Source: Patescibacteria group bacterium (GTDB lineage Bacteria; Patescibacteriota; Patescibacteriia; JAHIZJ01). Taken from it: a stretch of 64,000 bases of DNA. Below, piece by piece: positions 28,473-37,888 of the stretch. Every line of letters starts with the position of its first letter. Position 1 is the first letter of the stretch. The stretch covers positions 179,814-243,813 of the forward strand of contig JAQTMH010000001.1 in assembly GCA_028714495.1 (NCBI GenBank). Reading direction: 5' to 3'. The notes below the pieces were generated by a model. That model did not search any database and was not told the DNA's origin. It saw nothing but the letters and a program-made list of their open reading frames with translations. The position numbers and the translations under genes were made by a program.

Positions 28473-28807
28473 ACCATCCGCCCATGCTATGTTCTAAAAT
28501 ACACTTCCCGCCTCGCACTCGACGAATAACACGAGGAGTGGTTAGAATTAACCATCTGCTTGCCCTGAACCATTACAGTACAGGGCTTGCCCCGAACCGA
28601 ACGACCGAAGGGAGTTCTGGTTCGGGGAGCTAATCGCCCTCGATCGGTTTTTATGGGGGCACTCTGACTATCCAAATCATTTGCCAAAAAATGTACGGCA
28701 ACTCCCAAACTTTAACAGAAATAGAATGTTTTGACAAGGGGTGCTATAATAACTATAGACTATGGGTATTATCATAATAACTCGATAAAAAGTAAACATT
28801 CAATATA

Positions 28808-29731
28808 ATGATCATGGCAGAATTTGACCATCTTTCCTACAAACCCTATCAACATCGGGTTTTTTTGATGCTTCTGCTATCTTTTTTCGTTTTTATGTTG
28901 GTCGCTGACGCCACGGTTTATTATCTTTTAACAAACGCCGCCTTCAGGCAAACCCAGAAAACACTTAAAGACGTCGCGACAGAAGTCTCGGCCAAAGTAC
29001 CAGTCGCTACGCTTGAACGTCTCATCGATTCTAGCCAACAGAATTCTGACGAATACCGCGAAATTGAATCAATCTTCCAGTCAGCCATGAGCGGAAATCC
29101 TTCGATTGACGATATCTACACTTTAAGACAAACGGCCACGCCTAATCGAATGTCCTTTATCGTAACTGGCGATACCACGCGGGATAGTAACGGCAACAAT
29201 GTCATTGAAGAATTCGAACAAAAAGCTATGCTTGGAGAAATCTATGATACTACAGATTTTCCTGAACTGGTAGCGGCCATGGAAAAACCAAGCGTTGATA
29301 AAACCATCACTTATGACAAGTGGGGCGCTTGGCTTTCCGGTTATGCCCCACTAAGAAACGCCAGCGGACAGAGCGTGGCTATACTCGGCGTTGATTATTC
29401 GGCTGAGATAATCCAGAAACAACGCAACGACACTCTTCAATCCCTCTTAATCGCTGACTTGATATTTCTACCGATACTTCTCCTGGCTTCATATTTTCTA
29501 TCTTTGCGTCTCAGCCGGCCTTTCCGCATTCTGGCGCAAGGCATGGACAAGCTGGCACAAGGTGATTTCAAATATCACCTACCCCTAAAACACCGCGGGG
29601 AAGAAAAGATCTTTGTCGAACTTTTCAATAATATCACGACTATGTTTTCCTCTAGACGGATTCGGGACGATAAAAAAAATTCGCCCGGGGAGGAAGCCGA
29701 TAAAACCGATCTGCCGATGAATGAGGAGTAG
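28808..29731 (+). CDS. membrane sensor protein with extracytoplasmic domain and HAMP domain, no output domain
   Basis: N-terminal TM, about 170-aa periplasmic region, second TM (LLIADLIFLPILLLASYFLSL), HAMP-like RPFRILAQGMDKLAQGDFKYHL. Confidence 0.5.
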   Translation: MIMAEFDHLSYKPYQHRVFLMLLLSFFVFMLVADATVYYLLTNAAFRQTQKTLKDVATEVSAKVPVATLERLIDSSQQNSDEYREIESIFQSAMSGNPSIDDIYTLRQTATPNRMSFIVTGDTTRDSNGNNVIEEFEQKAMLGEIYDTTDFPELVAAMEKPSVDKTITYDKWGAWLSGYAPLRNASGQSVAILGVDYSAEIIQKQRNDTLQSLLIADLIFLPILLLASYFLSLRLSRPFRILAQGMDKLAQGDFKYHLPLKHRGEEKIFVELFNNITTMFSSRRIRDDKKNSPGEEADKTDLPMNEE

Positions 29732-29766
29732 CCATTTCTCTATAGCTCTTAGTAATACAGACAAAT

Positions 29767-30897
29767 TTGCTATATTTCACCAGAACAAAACGTCCCTTAG
29801 TATATTGGAGTTTATGCGCTCTGGTTATAGTTCTCGCCGTTCTTACGGCTTTTTTTATTTTCCGCCGCGAACCAGATCCCACATTCAATATTATTTCTAT
29901 CATTACTAATACCGGAGATACAAATAACGAGGTTGACAATCAAAACCTCAATTCAAAGCCAACCGAAACCTCGCTTATTGCCGTCGGCGATATCATGCTT
30001 TCCCGAGTAGTGGGCAGCAAGTTGAAAAAAAATGGTTTTGATTACTCTTTTCGCGAAACCGCTGAATATTTAAAAACTGGAGATATCGTCTTCGGCAATT
30101 TGGAAACTTCGATCACGCCCGGACGTCAGATAAATACCGGCGAATTAAGTTTTCGGGCTGATCCAGGAGTCGAAACGGCTATGAAAGACGCGGGCTTTTC
30201 CCTAGTCTCTCTGGCCAATAACCATACGCCTAATTTCGGAGCGCCGGGGCTGTCCGATACCTTTTCCTATCTAAATGCCGCGGGCATTGATTTTGTCGGC
30301 GCCGGCGAAAACGAGGAACAAGCCTATGCTCCCGTATATATCGAACGACTGGGGCTGACTTTCGCCTTTCTGGCCTATAATGATGACGATGTGGTTCCAG
30401 CCGGCTATAAGGCTGGGTCGGATAGACCCGGTACGGCCTTTATGGACATTGCGAAACTAACTGAGTCAATTCAAAAAGCGAGAGAAAGGGCGAACTTCGT
30501 TATTATCTCAATGCACTCGGGTACTGAATACACGACTGAACCAAATAAATCGCAAAAAGAATTTGCCCATGCCGCCATTGACGCCGGCGCCGAATTGGTC
30601 ATCGGCCATCACCCGCACGTCATTCAAAAAGCCGAGATCTACCAAGGCAAATATATTTTCTACAGCCTGGGCAATTTCGTCTTTGACCAGATGTGGTCGC
30701 AGGAAACGCGCGAGGGTTTGGTGGCGAAATTTCTTTTCAATGCAAAAGGCTTGTTTAAAATCGAATTCCTGCCAATAATCATTTACGACTATGCTCAGCC
30801 CAAAGCGGCCGATACCGAATCAGCAATAAAAATGTTGGATATTCTAAATCTTGAAAATATCATCAATAACCGGTATATTGAACTCAAGCAACCCTAA
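29767..30897 (+). CDS. CapA/PGA_cap family metallophosphatase-like protein (poly-gamma-glutamate capsule synthesis family)
   Basis: LIAVGDIMLSR...FGNLET...LANNHTPNFG...ISMHSGTEY...VIGHHPHVIQ motifs. Confidence 0.7.
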   Translation: MLYFTRTKRPLVYWSLCALVIVLAVLTAFFIFRREPDPTFNIISIITNTGDTNNEVDNQNLNSKPTETSLIAVGDIMLSRVVGSKLKKNGFDYSFRETAEYLKTGDIVFGNLETSITPGRQINTGELSFRADPGVETAMKDAGFSLVSLANNHTPNFGAPGLSDTFSYLNAAGIDFVGAGENEEQAYAPVYIERLGLTFAFLAYNDDDVVPAGYKAGSDRPGTAFMDIAKLTESIQKARERANFVIISMHSGTEYTTEPNKSQKEFAHAAIDAGAELVIGHHPHVIQKAEIYQGKYIFYSLGNFVFDQMWSQETREGLVAKFLFNAKGLFKIEFLPIIIYDYAQPKAADTESAIKMLDILNLENIINNRYIELKQP

Positions 30898-30916
30898 CTA
30901 CTTTACGATTTTATCT

Positions 30917-31441
30917 ATGCCAAAAATCAAAACCATCCTCTACATAGCTACCACGATAAACGGCTACGTGGCCAAAGAAAACGATACCACTAGCTTTGTC
31001 TCTGATGTTGAGTGGCGAAGTTTTTTGGTCATGGTCAAGCGCACCGGCAACATGATAATCGGCCGACGAACCTACGAGGTTATGCGCCGGGCCGGAGAAT
31101 TAAAAGCCCTGGATCCAGTTACTATCATGGTAGTCACCTCTCAAGCTAAATACAAAGTCATTGGACCTAATAATTACGCAGTGAGAACTCCAATTAAAGC
31201 CTTAGATTATCTAAAAAAACTCGGCTTCAAAGAAGCTCTGGTCGCCGGTGGCGGGATTTTGAACTCGTCTTTTATCGCTAAAAAATTGATTGATGAAATA
31301 TATCTCGTCATTGAACCAGTGGCCTTTGGCAAGGGAATAAAGCTTTTTGCCGATAAGCCCTTCGACTTCAATCTCCAATTGCTTGACTTCAAGCGCCTCT
31401 CACCAGACGAAATCCAATTGCACTACAAAGTAATTAAATAA
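30917..31441 (+). CDS. dihydrofolate reductase family protein (RibD C-terminal domain-like)
   Basis: ILYIATTINGYVAK...MIIGRRTYEV...LVAGGGILNSSF pattern; internal Met start preferred over track start 30851. Confidence 0.65.
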   Translation: MPKIKTILYIATTINGYVAKENDTTSFVSDVEWRSFLVMVKRTGNMIIGRRTYEVMRRAGELKALDPVTIMVVTSQAKYKVIGPNNYAVRTPIKALDYLKKLGFKEALVAGGGILNSSFIAKKLIDEIYLVIEPVAFGKGIKLFADKPFDFNLQLLDFKRLSPDEIQLHYKVIK

Positions 31442-31487
31442 GCCTACAAATGAACTAGGGTGGCTGGATTTCTTTGGTTTTTTCAAT

Positions 31488-31520
31488 ATAAAAAACCCGC
31501 TTTGTCTGGGTTTTTTTACT
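31488..31520. terminator. putative bidirectional terminator between convergent genes
   Basis: aaaaaaccc-gctttgtct-gggttttttt. Confidence 0.45.
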
Positions 31521-31532
31521 TTATTAATCGCT

Positions 31533-32390
31533 TTATTTAAGCTCTTTCAGAAACGGGGTTAAGTCAACTTTTTCGGTTGGTCGTGAAACTAGGGTTTGAT
31601 TGGCCAGCGCCTTGAAATGACTTTCAAAAGTCGGGCGCGCTTCTTGGAAAAAAATACCGATAGGCAGGCGCGCGGTTTCGCCGGCCTTTTGATAAGCCGC
31701 CTGCCGGTTATTTGTCGGCCAGTTTTTCGAGTCCAGCTTGTATATTTTTGACCGGTATTCGTCGCGGATATTTTTAGCGTCGTAAAAAATCACACACGGC
31801 TGTAATAGCTCGACTACCGAGAAGCCTTTGTGGGTAAGGGCGCGTTTGTAAATTTCTTTCAAACTGGCCGTATCATCGGCGAAACCGCGCGCTACAAAAG
31901 TGGCTCCGGCTGTCAGCGCGATTTGCGGTCCATTGAGCGGCTGGTCAATTGAACCGACCAGGGCGGTTTTGGTTTTATCACCCAGTCGCGTTGTCGGCGA
32001 GGTTTGGCCAGTAGTTAAGCTATAGCGCTCGTTATTGTGGATAATGAGAGTCATGTTGACATTGCGACGGCAAGCGTGCAAAAAATGATTTCCACCTTCG
32101 CCATAGCCTCCGCCGTCTCCGGATAAAGCTACTACCGTCAAATCGTTATTGGCTAACTTAACCGCGGTCGCCACCGGAATGGTCCGGCCGTGAAGGCTGT
32201 GAAAACCGTAAAGGCGGTAATTATTCGCGCCGTTGCCATTGCAGCCAATATCAAATGTCATCACAACCTGATGGGGTTCCAAGCCCAGCTCGGCAAAGGC
32301 TTGGGTTAAAGCCGCGTAGGATCCATAGTTGCCACAAGCCGGGCACCAGGTCGGTTTATTATTTGTTTGAAAATCTTTTGCTTGAGCCAT
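31533..32390 (-). CDS. korB: 2-oxoacid:ferredoxin oxidoreductase beta subunit (TPP-binding)
   Basis: TWCPACGNYGSYAAL...GCNGNGANNYRLYGFHSLHGR...ALSGDGGGYGEGGNHF. Confidence 0.85.
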   Translation of the reverse strand: MAQAKDFQTNNKPTWCPACGNYGSYAALTQAFAELGLEPHQVVMTFDIGCNGNGANNYRLYGFHSLHGRTIPVATAVKLANNDLTVVALSGDGGGYGEGGNHFLHACRRNVNMTLIIHNNERYSLTTGQTSPTTRLGDKTKTALVGSIDQPLNGPQIALTAGATFVARGFADDTASLKEIYKRALTHKGFSVVELLQPCVIFYDAKNIRDEYRSKIYKLDSKNWPTNNRQAAYQKAGETARLPIGIFFQEARPTFESHFKALANQTLVSRPTEKVDLTPFLKELK

Positions 32391-32392
32391 AT

Positions 32393-34141
32393 TTAACCTT
32401 TTGAAGTGATTAAGCGCTTGACTTGTGCGACAATTTCATCAGGGTAAAATTGAGCGCCGTTATATTTTGAAATTCGGTCAGTAACTTTTATCCCAGTCTG
32501 TCCGCGCAAAATTTCCGCGAATTGACCGGTAAAATTATTCTCAATCGCCACTATCCGGCGTTGCCCTTGTAAAGCTTTTTTCATGGTTGATTCGCTCATT
32601 GGCCAGGGCGCCGTGATATGCAAATAATTCACCTGAGGCAAATCCTTCATCGCCTCTAGCACCGGACCTTTTGTTGAACCCCAGCCGAGAAGTGTTAATC
32701 GGGCCTTTTTCGGGCCAAAAAGCTTTGGTTTCGGCAGTTCAGCAAGCAGACGACTAAGCTTTCTAAATCGTTTTTCGGCTTGTTCAGCCACTACTTTGGC
32801 GGAAAAACCCTCAATCGAATAGCCAAACTCATCATGCTCGTCGCTGTTTGCCAGATGAATTCCGCCGCGACAGCCTGGAATAGCTCTGGGTGAAATGCCC
32901 GTCTTGGTATTGAGATAGCGTTTGTATCCCTTAATCCCGGCTAAGTCCTTTTCCGTCAAAATCTCGCCGCGTTCGATTTTAAAATTATTCGCCGGTACGG
33001 CTATCGACTGGTGGCCTTCTAAAATATATTTATCAAGGAGAATGAACACCGGAATCTGGTATTTCTCGGCGAGATTGAAGGCCTGTCCGGTCAATTCATA
33101 GGCTTCGGCCGCGTCGCCAGGCGCCAAAATTACCCGGATGAATTCCCCGTGGCCGGCTTTGGTGAGATAGGCCAGATCACCCTGGGCGGTCCAGGTCGGC
33201 AAACCCGTGGCTGGACCTGGCCGCTGGCCTTCAACTATGACCAGAGGCGTTTCAGTCATCGCGGCCAGGGCTAATCCTTCGGTCATCAGCGCGAAGCCGC
33301 CGCCTGACGTGGCTGTCATGGAACGGACGCCGGCATAGGCAGCGCCGATCGCCATGTGAATGGCTGAAATCTCGTCCTCCGGCTGTATCACAAACATGCC
33401 GGATTTTTCTGCCCAGTTAATTAAGTCATGAAGTATGGGCGAGGCCGGAGTCATTGGGTAGGAGGCCAGAAATTTACAGCCGGCTGAAATTGCTCCCAGC
33501 GCCACCATGTCGCTCGCGGTCACCAGTATTTTATCTGCTGGCCGGTTTTTAACCGGACTTAGGGTAAATGGGAATTTCCCAGGCTCAAGATTTTTCCGGG
33601 CATAGTCAAAGCCGGCCTGGACTGCCTTTTGGTTCATGACCACGACTTCGCTGCCTTTATCCCTGAAAACTTCGGCAATCGTCTGCCGGACAATAGCCAG
33701 GTCATATTTCAGAAGCGCCACAGTCGCTCCGATTGCCAGCATATTCGCGGCCAAAGGCGGTATCCCAGCCTCGTCGCCTAATTTTTTCAAAGGCAGCGGA
33801 TAAGCTTTTATCCCGTCAAATCCCTTCCGGCCCGGTTTAAAAGTGTCGCTGTCATAGAGGATGACCCCGCCCGATACCACATCAGGCTGGCAGTAGTCAA
33901 AAGCCTCCTGGGTCAGGGCGATTAAAAGCTGAGTTGACCGGTAGATCGCGGTCACCGGCTTGTTTGATATGCTTAAGCGATAAGTCACCAGGCCGCCGCG
34001 GATCCGCGAGGGGTACTCGGAACTGTCAAACGTAAAAAGTCCGCCCCGGCTGCACGCCTTGGCAAAAATTAAACCGGCTACCTGTTGGCCAGCGCCGGCA
34101 ACACCTCCGATTTTCCAGGTTAGTACTTCCGTTTTTGTCAT
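32393..34141 (-). CDS. korA: 2-oxoacid:ferredoxin oxidoreductase alpha subunit with N-terminal gamma domain
   Basis: gamma-type start TWKIGGVAGAGQQVAGLIFAKA...; alpha core ...MTATSGGGFALMTEGLALAAMTETPLVIV. Confidence 0.85.
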   Translation of the reverse strand: MTKTEVLTWKIGGVAGAGQQVAGLIFAKACSRGGLFTFDSSEYPSRIRGGLVTYRLSISNKPVTAIYRSTQLLIALTQEAFDYCQPDVVSGGVILYDSDTFKPGRKGFDGIKAYPLPLKKLGDEAGIPPLAANMLAIGATVALLKYDLAIVRQTIAEVFRDKGSEVVVMNQKAVQAGFDYARKNLEPGKFPFTLSPVKNRPADKILVTASDMVALGAISAGCKFLASYPMTPASPILHDLINWAEKSGMFVIQPEDEISAIHMAIGAAYAGVRSMTATSGGGFALMTEGLALAAMTETPLVIVEGQRPGPATGLPTWTAQGDLAYLTKAGHGEFIRVILAPGDAAEAYELTGQAFNLAEKYQIPVFILLDKYILEGHQSIAVPANNFKIERGEILTEKDLAGIKGYKRYLNTKTGISPRAIPGCRGGIHLANSDEHDEFGYSIEGFSAKVVAEQAEKRFRKLSRLLAELPKPKLFGPKKARLTLLGWGSTKGPVLEAMKDLPQVNYLHITAPWPMSESTMKKALQGQRRIVAIENNFTGQFAEILRGQTGIKVTDRISKYNGAQFYPDEIVAQVKRLITSKG

Positions 34142-34214
34142 ACTTTATACAGTTTAGCAAACTTTTTCTGATTGGTAAATCTCAAAAAAACACCCTTGAT
34201 TTTATCGGCCTATT

Positions 34215-34547
34215 TTGATACAATCCAGGAAGAATATGGATTTTTTCAAAGAAGTTTATCGTCTGGCGAAACAAATCTCCAGAGGCAAAGTCGCCACCTA
34301 TGGTCAAATTGCTGGCCTTATTTCAACGCCCCGGGCCGCTCGTCTGGTTGGATTTGCCCTGCGCCGCTCGCCTAACGACGTCCCTTGGCAGCGCGTGATC
34401 AATTCAAAGGGCATGATTTCAATCGAAAATCTCCATTGCCCCAAAGAATTGCAGGCCAAATTGCTTAAAAATGAAGGGGTTGAAGTTTTTAAAAGAGACG
34501 GCAATTACTTTGTTAATTTGAAAGCATACCAATGGCAACCAAAATAA
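34215..34547 (+). CDS. atl: alkyltransferase-like protein (MGMT DNA-binding domain; Trp replaces the active-site Cys)
   Basis: KVATYGQIAGLISTPRAARLVGFAL...VPWQRVINSKG; PCHRV position reads PWQRV. Confidence 0.65.
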   Translation: MIQSRKNMDFFKEVYRLAKQISRGKVATYGQIAGLISTPRAARLVGFALRRSPNDVPWQRVINSKGMISIENLHCPKELQAKLLKNEGVEVFKRDGNYFVNLKAYQWQPK

Positions 34548-35329
34548 ATCCAGCCAAACCGCTTAAAGTTATCAAAGCAAACGTTAATCCTCTGACAATC
34601 GCCAATCAGTATCTGTATCATGAGTTTCTAAAAATATTCTGGGATGTGGCTGACGCTCCTTTTAGAAAAAAAATTAAACGCTCAATCAACCGAATGTATC
34701 GGCGCGACGGCGCTCATAATTATTGGCTGCTGGTCGCGGCCATTTCCGAAGGCTGGAGACTTAAGTGGGTATTCCGGCTGCTGACCAACCCGGCCTATCG
34801 CTGGAATCTGGAGCTTCGAAAAATCAGCAATTTAACCATGACTGGTTTCAACCCGGCTGAAGTTGATAAACTAATTTTCAAATGCCGCCGCAATTTTTCC
34901 GAGTTCGCCGAATATTACCGAAACCATCCGGCTTTTTTCAAAAAATATATGCCGAATCTGAAGCCGCGACCAGAGCGTGACCAACATCCGGTTTTAGCTT
35001 ATTGGAATCTCCAGGAGAAACAACTGAGGCTATTTGACGGAATGCGCCGAGCCACTCTGGCTGCGATAAACAAAAAGCCTTATATCAAAGCCTACATCGG
35101 TTATCCAATCAAACAGGGCGGGCCAGCCGTGAATCTTGATAAAATTCAATTCCTGAAATTTCTCTTTGACGGCGCCCGAAGAGACGCTGGTACTGACCGG
35201 GCCTTTGTCAAAGTTGCTCGTGAAACAGTCAGGCAATACCAAAACGGCGCTCAAGCCTTCCGTCAAAGCCTCAAACCCTGGTCAGATGCGCGCACGAAAA
35301 AGTTTATCAAAGCTGTTTTAAAAAAATAA
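34532..35329 (+). CDS. hypothetical basic protein
   Basis: 265-aa ORF overlapping atl 3' end by 16 nt; no motif recognised. Confidence 0.4.
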   Translation: MATKINPAKPLKVIKANVNPLTIANQYLYHEFLKIFWDVADAPFRKKIKRSINRMYRRDGAHNYWLLVAAISEGWRLKWVFRLLTNPAYRWNLELRKISNLTMTGFNPAEVDKLIFKCRRNFSEFAEYYRNHPAFFKKYMPNLKPRPERDQHPVLAYWNLQEKQLRLFDGMRRATLAAINKKPYIKAYIGYPIKQGGPAVNLDKIQFLKFLFDGARRDAGTDRAFVKVARETVRQYQNGAQAFRQSLKPWSDARTKKFIKAVLKK

Positions 35330-35331
35330 CC

Positions 35332-35709
35332 ATGCCTAAAATAAAGAAAATCTACTATAATAAGCTGATTCGAGACAAGATTCCTCAAGTGATGGAGAAA
35401 AGCGGCGCTCGATACAATGTTCACGTTATATCGCAGAAACAGTTCAAGGAGGAACTGCTCAAAAAAGTCGGGGAAGAAGCTAGCGGTCTTCTGACATCAA
35501 AAAATAAAATCGGGGTTATCCAGGAAATTGGCGACGTGATAACGGTGATTGAAGAAATTAAACGGATTTTTAAAATCACTGACCGAGAGATAAAACAAAC
35601 AATGGTTAGGGCGTTCAAACGCAAAGGTGGATTCCGGAAAAGGCTTTACCTGGTCTGGTCAGAAGACACGGGCTATCGGACAAATGAGCGTCGGAATACT
35701 AAAAAATAA
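35332..35709 (+). CDS. MazG-like all-alpha NTP pyrophosphohydrolase family protein
   Basis: N-terminal KLIRDKIPQVMEKSG pattern typical of the small MazG/HisE-like family. Confidence 0.45.
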   Translation: MPKIKKIYYNKLIRDKIPQVMEKSGARYNVHVISQKQFKEELLKKVGEEASGLLTSKNKIGVIQEIGDVITVIEEIKRIFKITDREIKQTMVRAFKRKGGFRKRLYLVWSEDTGYRTNERRNTKK

Positions 35710-35714
35710 CACTC

Positions 35715-35788
35715 GCGGGTATCGTATAGTGGTAATACCACAGGTTTCCAACCTGTTGCCGGGGGTTCGATTCCCCCTACCCGCTCCA
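35715..35788 (+). tRNA. tRNA-Gly(TCC), CCA encoded
   Basis: gcgggta tc gtat agtggta atac c acagg tttccaa cctgt tgcc ggggg ttcgatt ccccc tacccgc t cca. Confidence 0.85.
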
Positions 35789-35899
35789 ACTGTCAATAAG
35801 ATTAATCTAGAACAGTTCTCCGCCCCCTAATAAAAAATCTAATAAACGGCGGATCCCCGCCAGCCGTCGGGCAGGCACCTTTGGCGGAGATGGACTTTA

Positions 35900-35936
35900 C
35901 CCCGCTGCTCGCGAGCGGCGGGGCCTACCCGCTCCA
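35900..35936 (+). repeat. GC hairpin fused to copy of tRNA-Gly(TCC) 3' acceptor end
   Basis: ccccgctgctcgcgagcggcgggg + cctacccgctcca; 12-nt direct repeat ctacccgctcca with the tRNA 3' end 147 bp upstream. Confidence 0.5.
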
Positions 35937-35981
35937 AATAATTAGATTCAATATATTTAATTCAATTCTAATTTAACATCA

Positions 35982-36410
35982 ATGGCCGACCAACCAACTA
36001 AAAAATTTAATCTCTGGCTTGGTAAAATCGAAACCAAAGAACAAGCTCTGAAAGTGATAAAAAACGTGTCTCTGGGTTTTTATTTTGTTGCAGGGTTGCA
36101 GATTCTTCTGGGTATCATTATCGGCAGTTGGGAAATCGTCGTTGACGGCGCAATTTTTGCCGTTTTCAGTTTCTTATTCAGTAAATTCAAAAATCGAACC
36201 TTGGCGATTATCTTGTTGGTTCTAAGCTGTCTGGCCCTGCTCTCGACCGGTTATAATATCGTCAGCAGCGGCCTCGGCGGTACTAATATTATTCTGGCGA
36301 TTATCATGGTTTGGGCAAGCATTAGGGCGATGCAAGCCACGGCTGTTTTATCAAAATCTAATCTTCTCACTCAAAATCCGCCGCCGCCTCCATCAACACC
36401 AATAAAATGA
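35982..36410 (+). CDS. hypothetical membrane protein with Pro-rich tail
   Basis: three TM helices; C-terminal NPPPPPSTP. Confidence 0.4.
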   Translation: MADQPTKKFNLWLGKIETKEQALKVIKNVSLGFYFVAGLQILLGIIIGSWEIVVDGAIFAVFSFLFSKFKNRTLAIILLVLSCLALLSTGYNIVSSGLGGTNIILAIIMVWASIRAMQATAVLSKSNLLTQNPPPPPSTPIK

Positions 36411-37147
36411 GCGACCAAATAATAAAGTATTGGGAGGAGCAACTCCCGGTTTTTGATAAAATTAAAGCCTTGGGTTTTAATCGTTATATCAATACTCTGC
36501 CAGATTTCAGCCGAGCGTTCATGCTCAAAGATAACTGCCTGCGTTGTATTGACGAAGGCACGCCTGGCGGGATTCGTTTGGCTGGCTCTGGAATCCTGCT
36601 GTCGGAAAACGAGGCAATAAGTGTTTTGAAAAATGCTGGAGTAGATGGAATTTACAGTCACGAGGAATGTGGGGCAGCCAAACTTTACGCCAAGGAAAAT
36701 AATCTCGATCCAAACCAAGCCGATAAATATGGCCAAGATTGGGCAAAAAAGCTGGCCAAGAAGTTTAATATAGGTTATAAAGGCTTTTTGAAAATAACCG
36801 AGATGGCCCGTCCCAGTGGATTTCATATCGCCCGAGTAGCTTATTACGACGGTACTGGAAAATTCAATCCCGATGAGGTAAAGGGCTTGCCTTCCGGTTT
36901 TGTTATCAGCCGGCGATATCTAAATCGTGAATACGCCTTAAAAGAAATGGGAATCGCGATTTCCATCGCCCTGAGTGACCATGGTTTTGGCGAGCTAATA
37001 ACTCCCGCTGAACCGTTTTTCCTGGTGCCGATTGGCGATTTAAACGATTCAAAAATGTCTCTAGAAGAGCTAACCAAAGAACTTCAACCACTGACTGAGA
37101 AATATCAAAAGAGAGTAATAATCGATGGTTTTGCGGCTACCATTTGA
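36407..37147 (+). CDS. hypothetical protein (Cys/His-containing, possible metal site)
   Basis: CIDEGTPGG and HEECGAA motifs loosely recall CxDxR / HxxCG of beta-carbonic anhydrases; not assignable. Confidence 0.4.
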   Translation: MSDQIIKYWEEQLPVFDKIKALGFNRYINTLPDFSRAFMLKDNCLRCIDEGTPGGIRLAGSGILLSENEAISVLKNAGVDGIYSHEECGAAKLYAKENNLDPNQADKYGQDWAKKLAKKFNIGYKGFLKITEMARPSGFHIARVAYYDGTGKFNPDEVKGLPSGFVISRRYLNREYALKEMGIAISIALSDHGFGELITPAEPFFLVPIGDLNDSKMSLEELTKELQPLTEKYQKRVIIDGFAATI

Positions 37148-37161
37148 AAATTAGAATATAA

Positions 37162-37196
37162 AAACAATCTTCTAATCAGAGATTGTTTTTTTATTG
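37162..37196 (+). terminator. intrinsic terminator
   Basis: aacaatcttctaatcagagattgtt hairpin then ttttttatt. Confidence 0.55.
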
Positions 37197-37270
37197 GTGG
37201 ACCCTACCGGGCTCGAACCGGTCACCTCCGCGATGCAAACGCGGCGCTCTACCAAATGAGCTAAGGGCCC
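37195..37270 (-). tRNA. tRNA-Ala(TGC), CCA encoded
   Basis: gggccct ta gctc atttggta gagc g ccgcg tttgcat cgcgg aggtg accgg ttcgagc ccggt agggtcc a cca. Confidence 0.85.
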
Positions 37271-37275
37271 AAATT

Positions 37276-37509
37276 CTAAGTTCCAAACATGCCTCTTAGT
37301 GAACTGAAGTCAGCAAACATAATCACACCTGCTAGAATTATCATTACTATTCCGATGAGTTGGATGAAAAAACGCGATCCGCCAAAAGTCGCGAATACTC
37401 CTCTTTCCGCTACACCGATCCGGCCATAAAAGCTTTGGATCCATTGTGGCTTAAGAGTAAAAACAAAACCGCCAGCCAAAATTAGAAATCCGATTAAAAA
37501 CTTCGTCAT
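37276..37509 (-). CDS. small membrane protein, hypothetical
   Basis: 77-aa ORF with two TM helices. Confidence 0.3.
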   Translation of the reverse strand: MTKFLIGFLILAGGFVFTLKPQWIQSFYGRIGVAERGVFATFGGSRFFIQLIGIVMIILAGVIMFADFSSLRGMFGT

Positions 37510-37529
37510 AAAAATTAAAGCTTATTTAA

Positions 37530-37604
37530 TGGTGGGCGCGGTAGGACTCGAACCTACGACTCTCTGCGTGTAGAGCAGATACTCTGCCACTGAGTTACGC
37601 GCCC
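37530..37604 (-). tRNA. tRNA-Val(TAC) with C at position 33 (tentative)
   Basis: gggcgcg ta actc agtggca gagt a tctgc tctacac gcaga gagtc gtagg ttcgagt cctac cgcgccc a cca. Confidence 0.65.
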
Positions 37605-37888
37605 AAAATAGCAGATGTTTAAAAAATATTCTAAAGAGGGGGGTCCCCATTGCAGTCTAAGGAGCGAAGCGACTGTTTGCGCTGGGGCAAGGGGCATGCG
37701 CCCTAAAGGCGGGGTGGAAACAGCTTGTCTGCTTACATGCGGGGGATGCCTTTGTTCTATGTCGGGGCCTCCATCGCGGTCTAAGGAACGAGAAGTGACT
37801 GAACGCGATGGGGAGAGGGGGCGCCTTGCTAAGGGTGAAGCGAACCGGACACCTCCGGTGCGCGTAACCCGCAGCAAGTGCGAACCCG

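Noticed and set aside
28259-28640. Possible tmRNA on the minus strand: tRNA-like 3' end ...ggttcgactcctggatcgccc a cca at 28259-28299 and a complementary gggcgattagctc at about 28618-28640, about 380 nt apart
   Set aside because: A complete tRNA-Ile(GAT) lies in the middle of the span. No resume codon or tag-peptide reading frame and no tmRNA pseudoknot signatures could be recognised. The 13-nt 5' match does not continue into a D-arm-like sequence.
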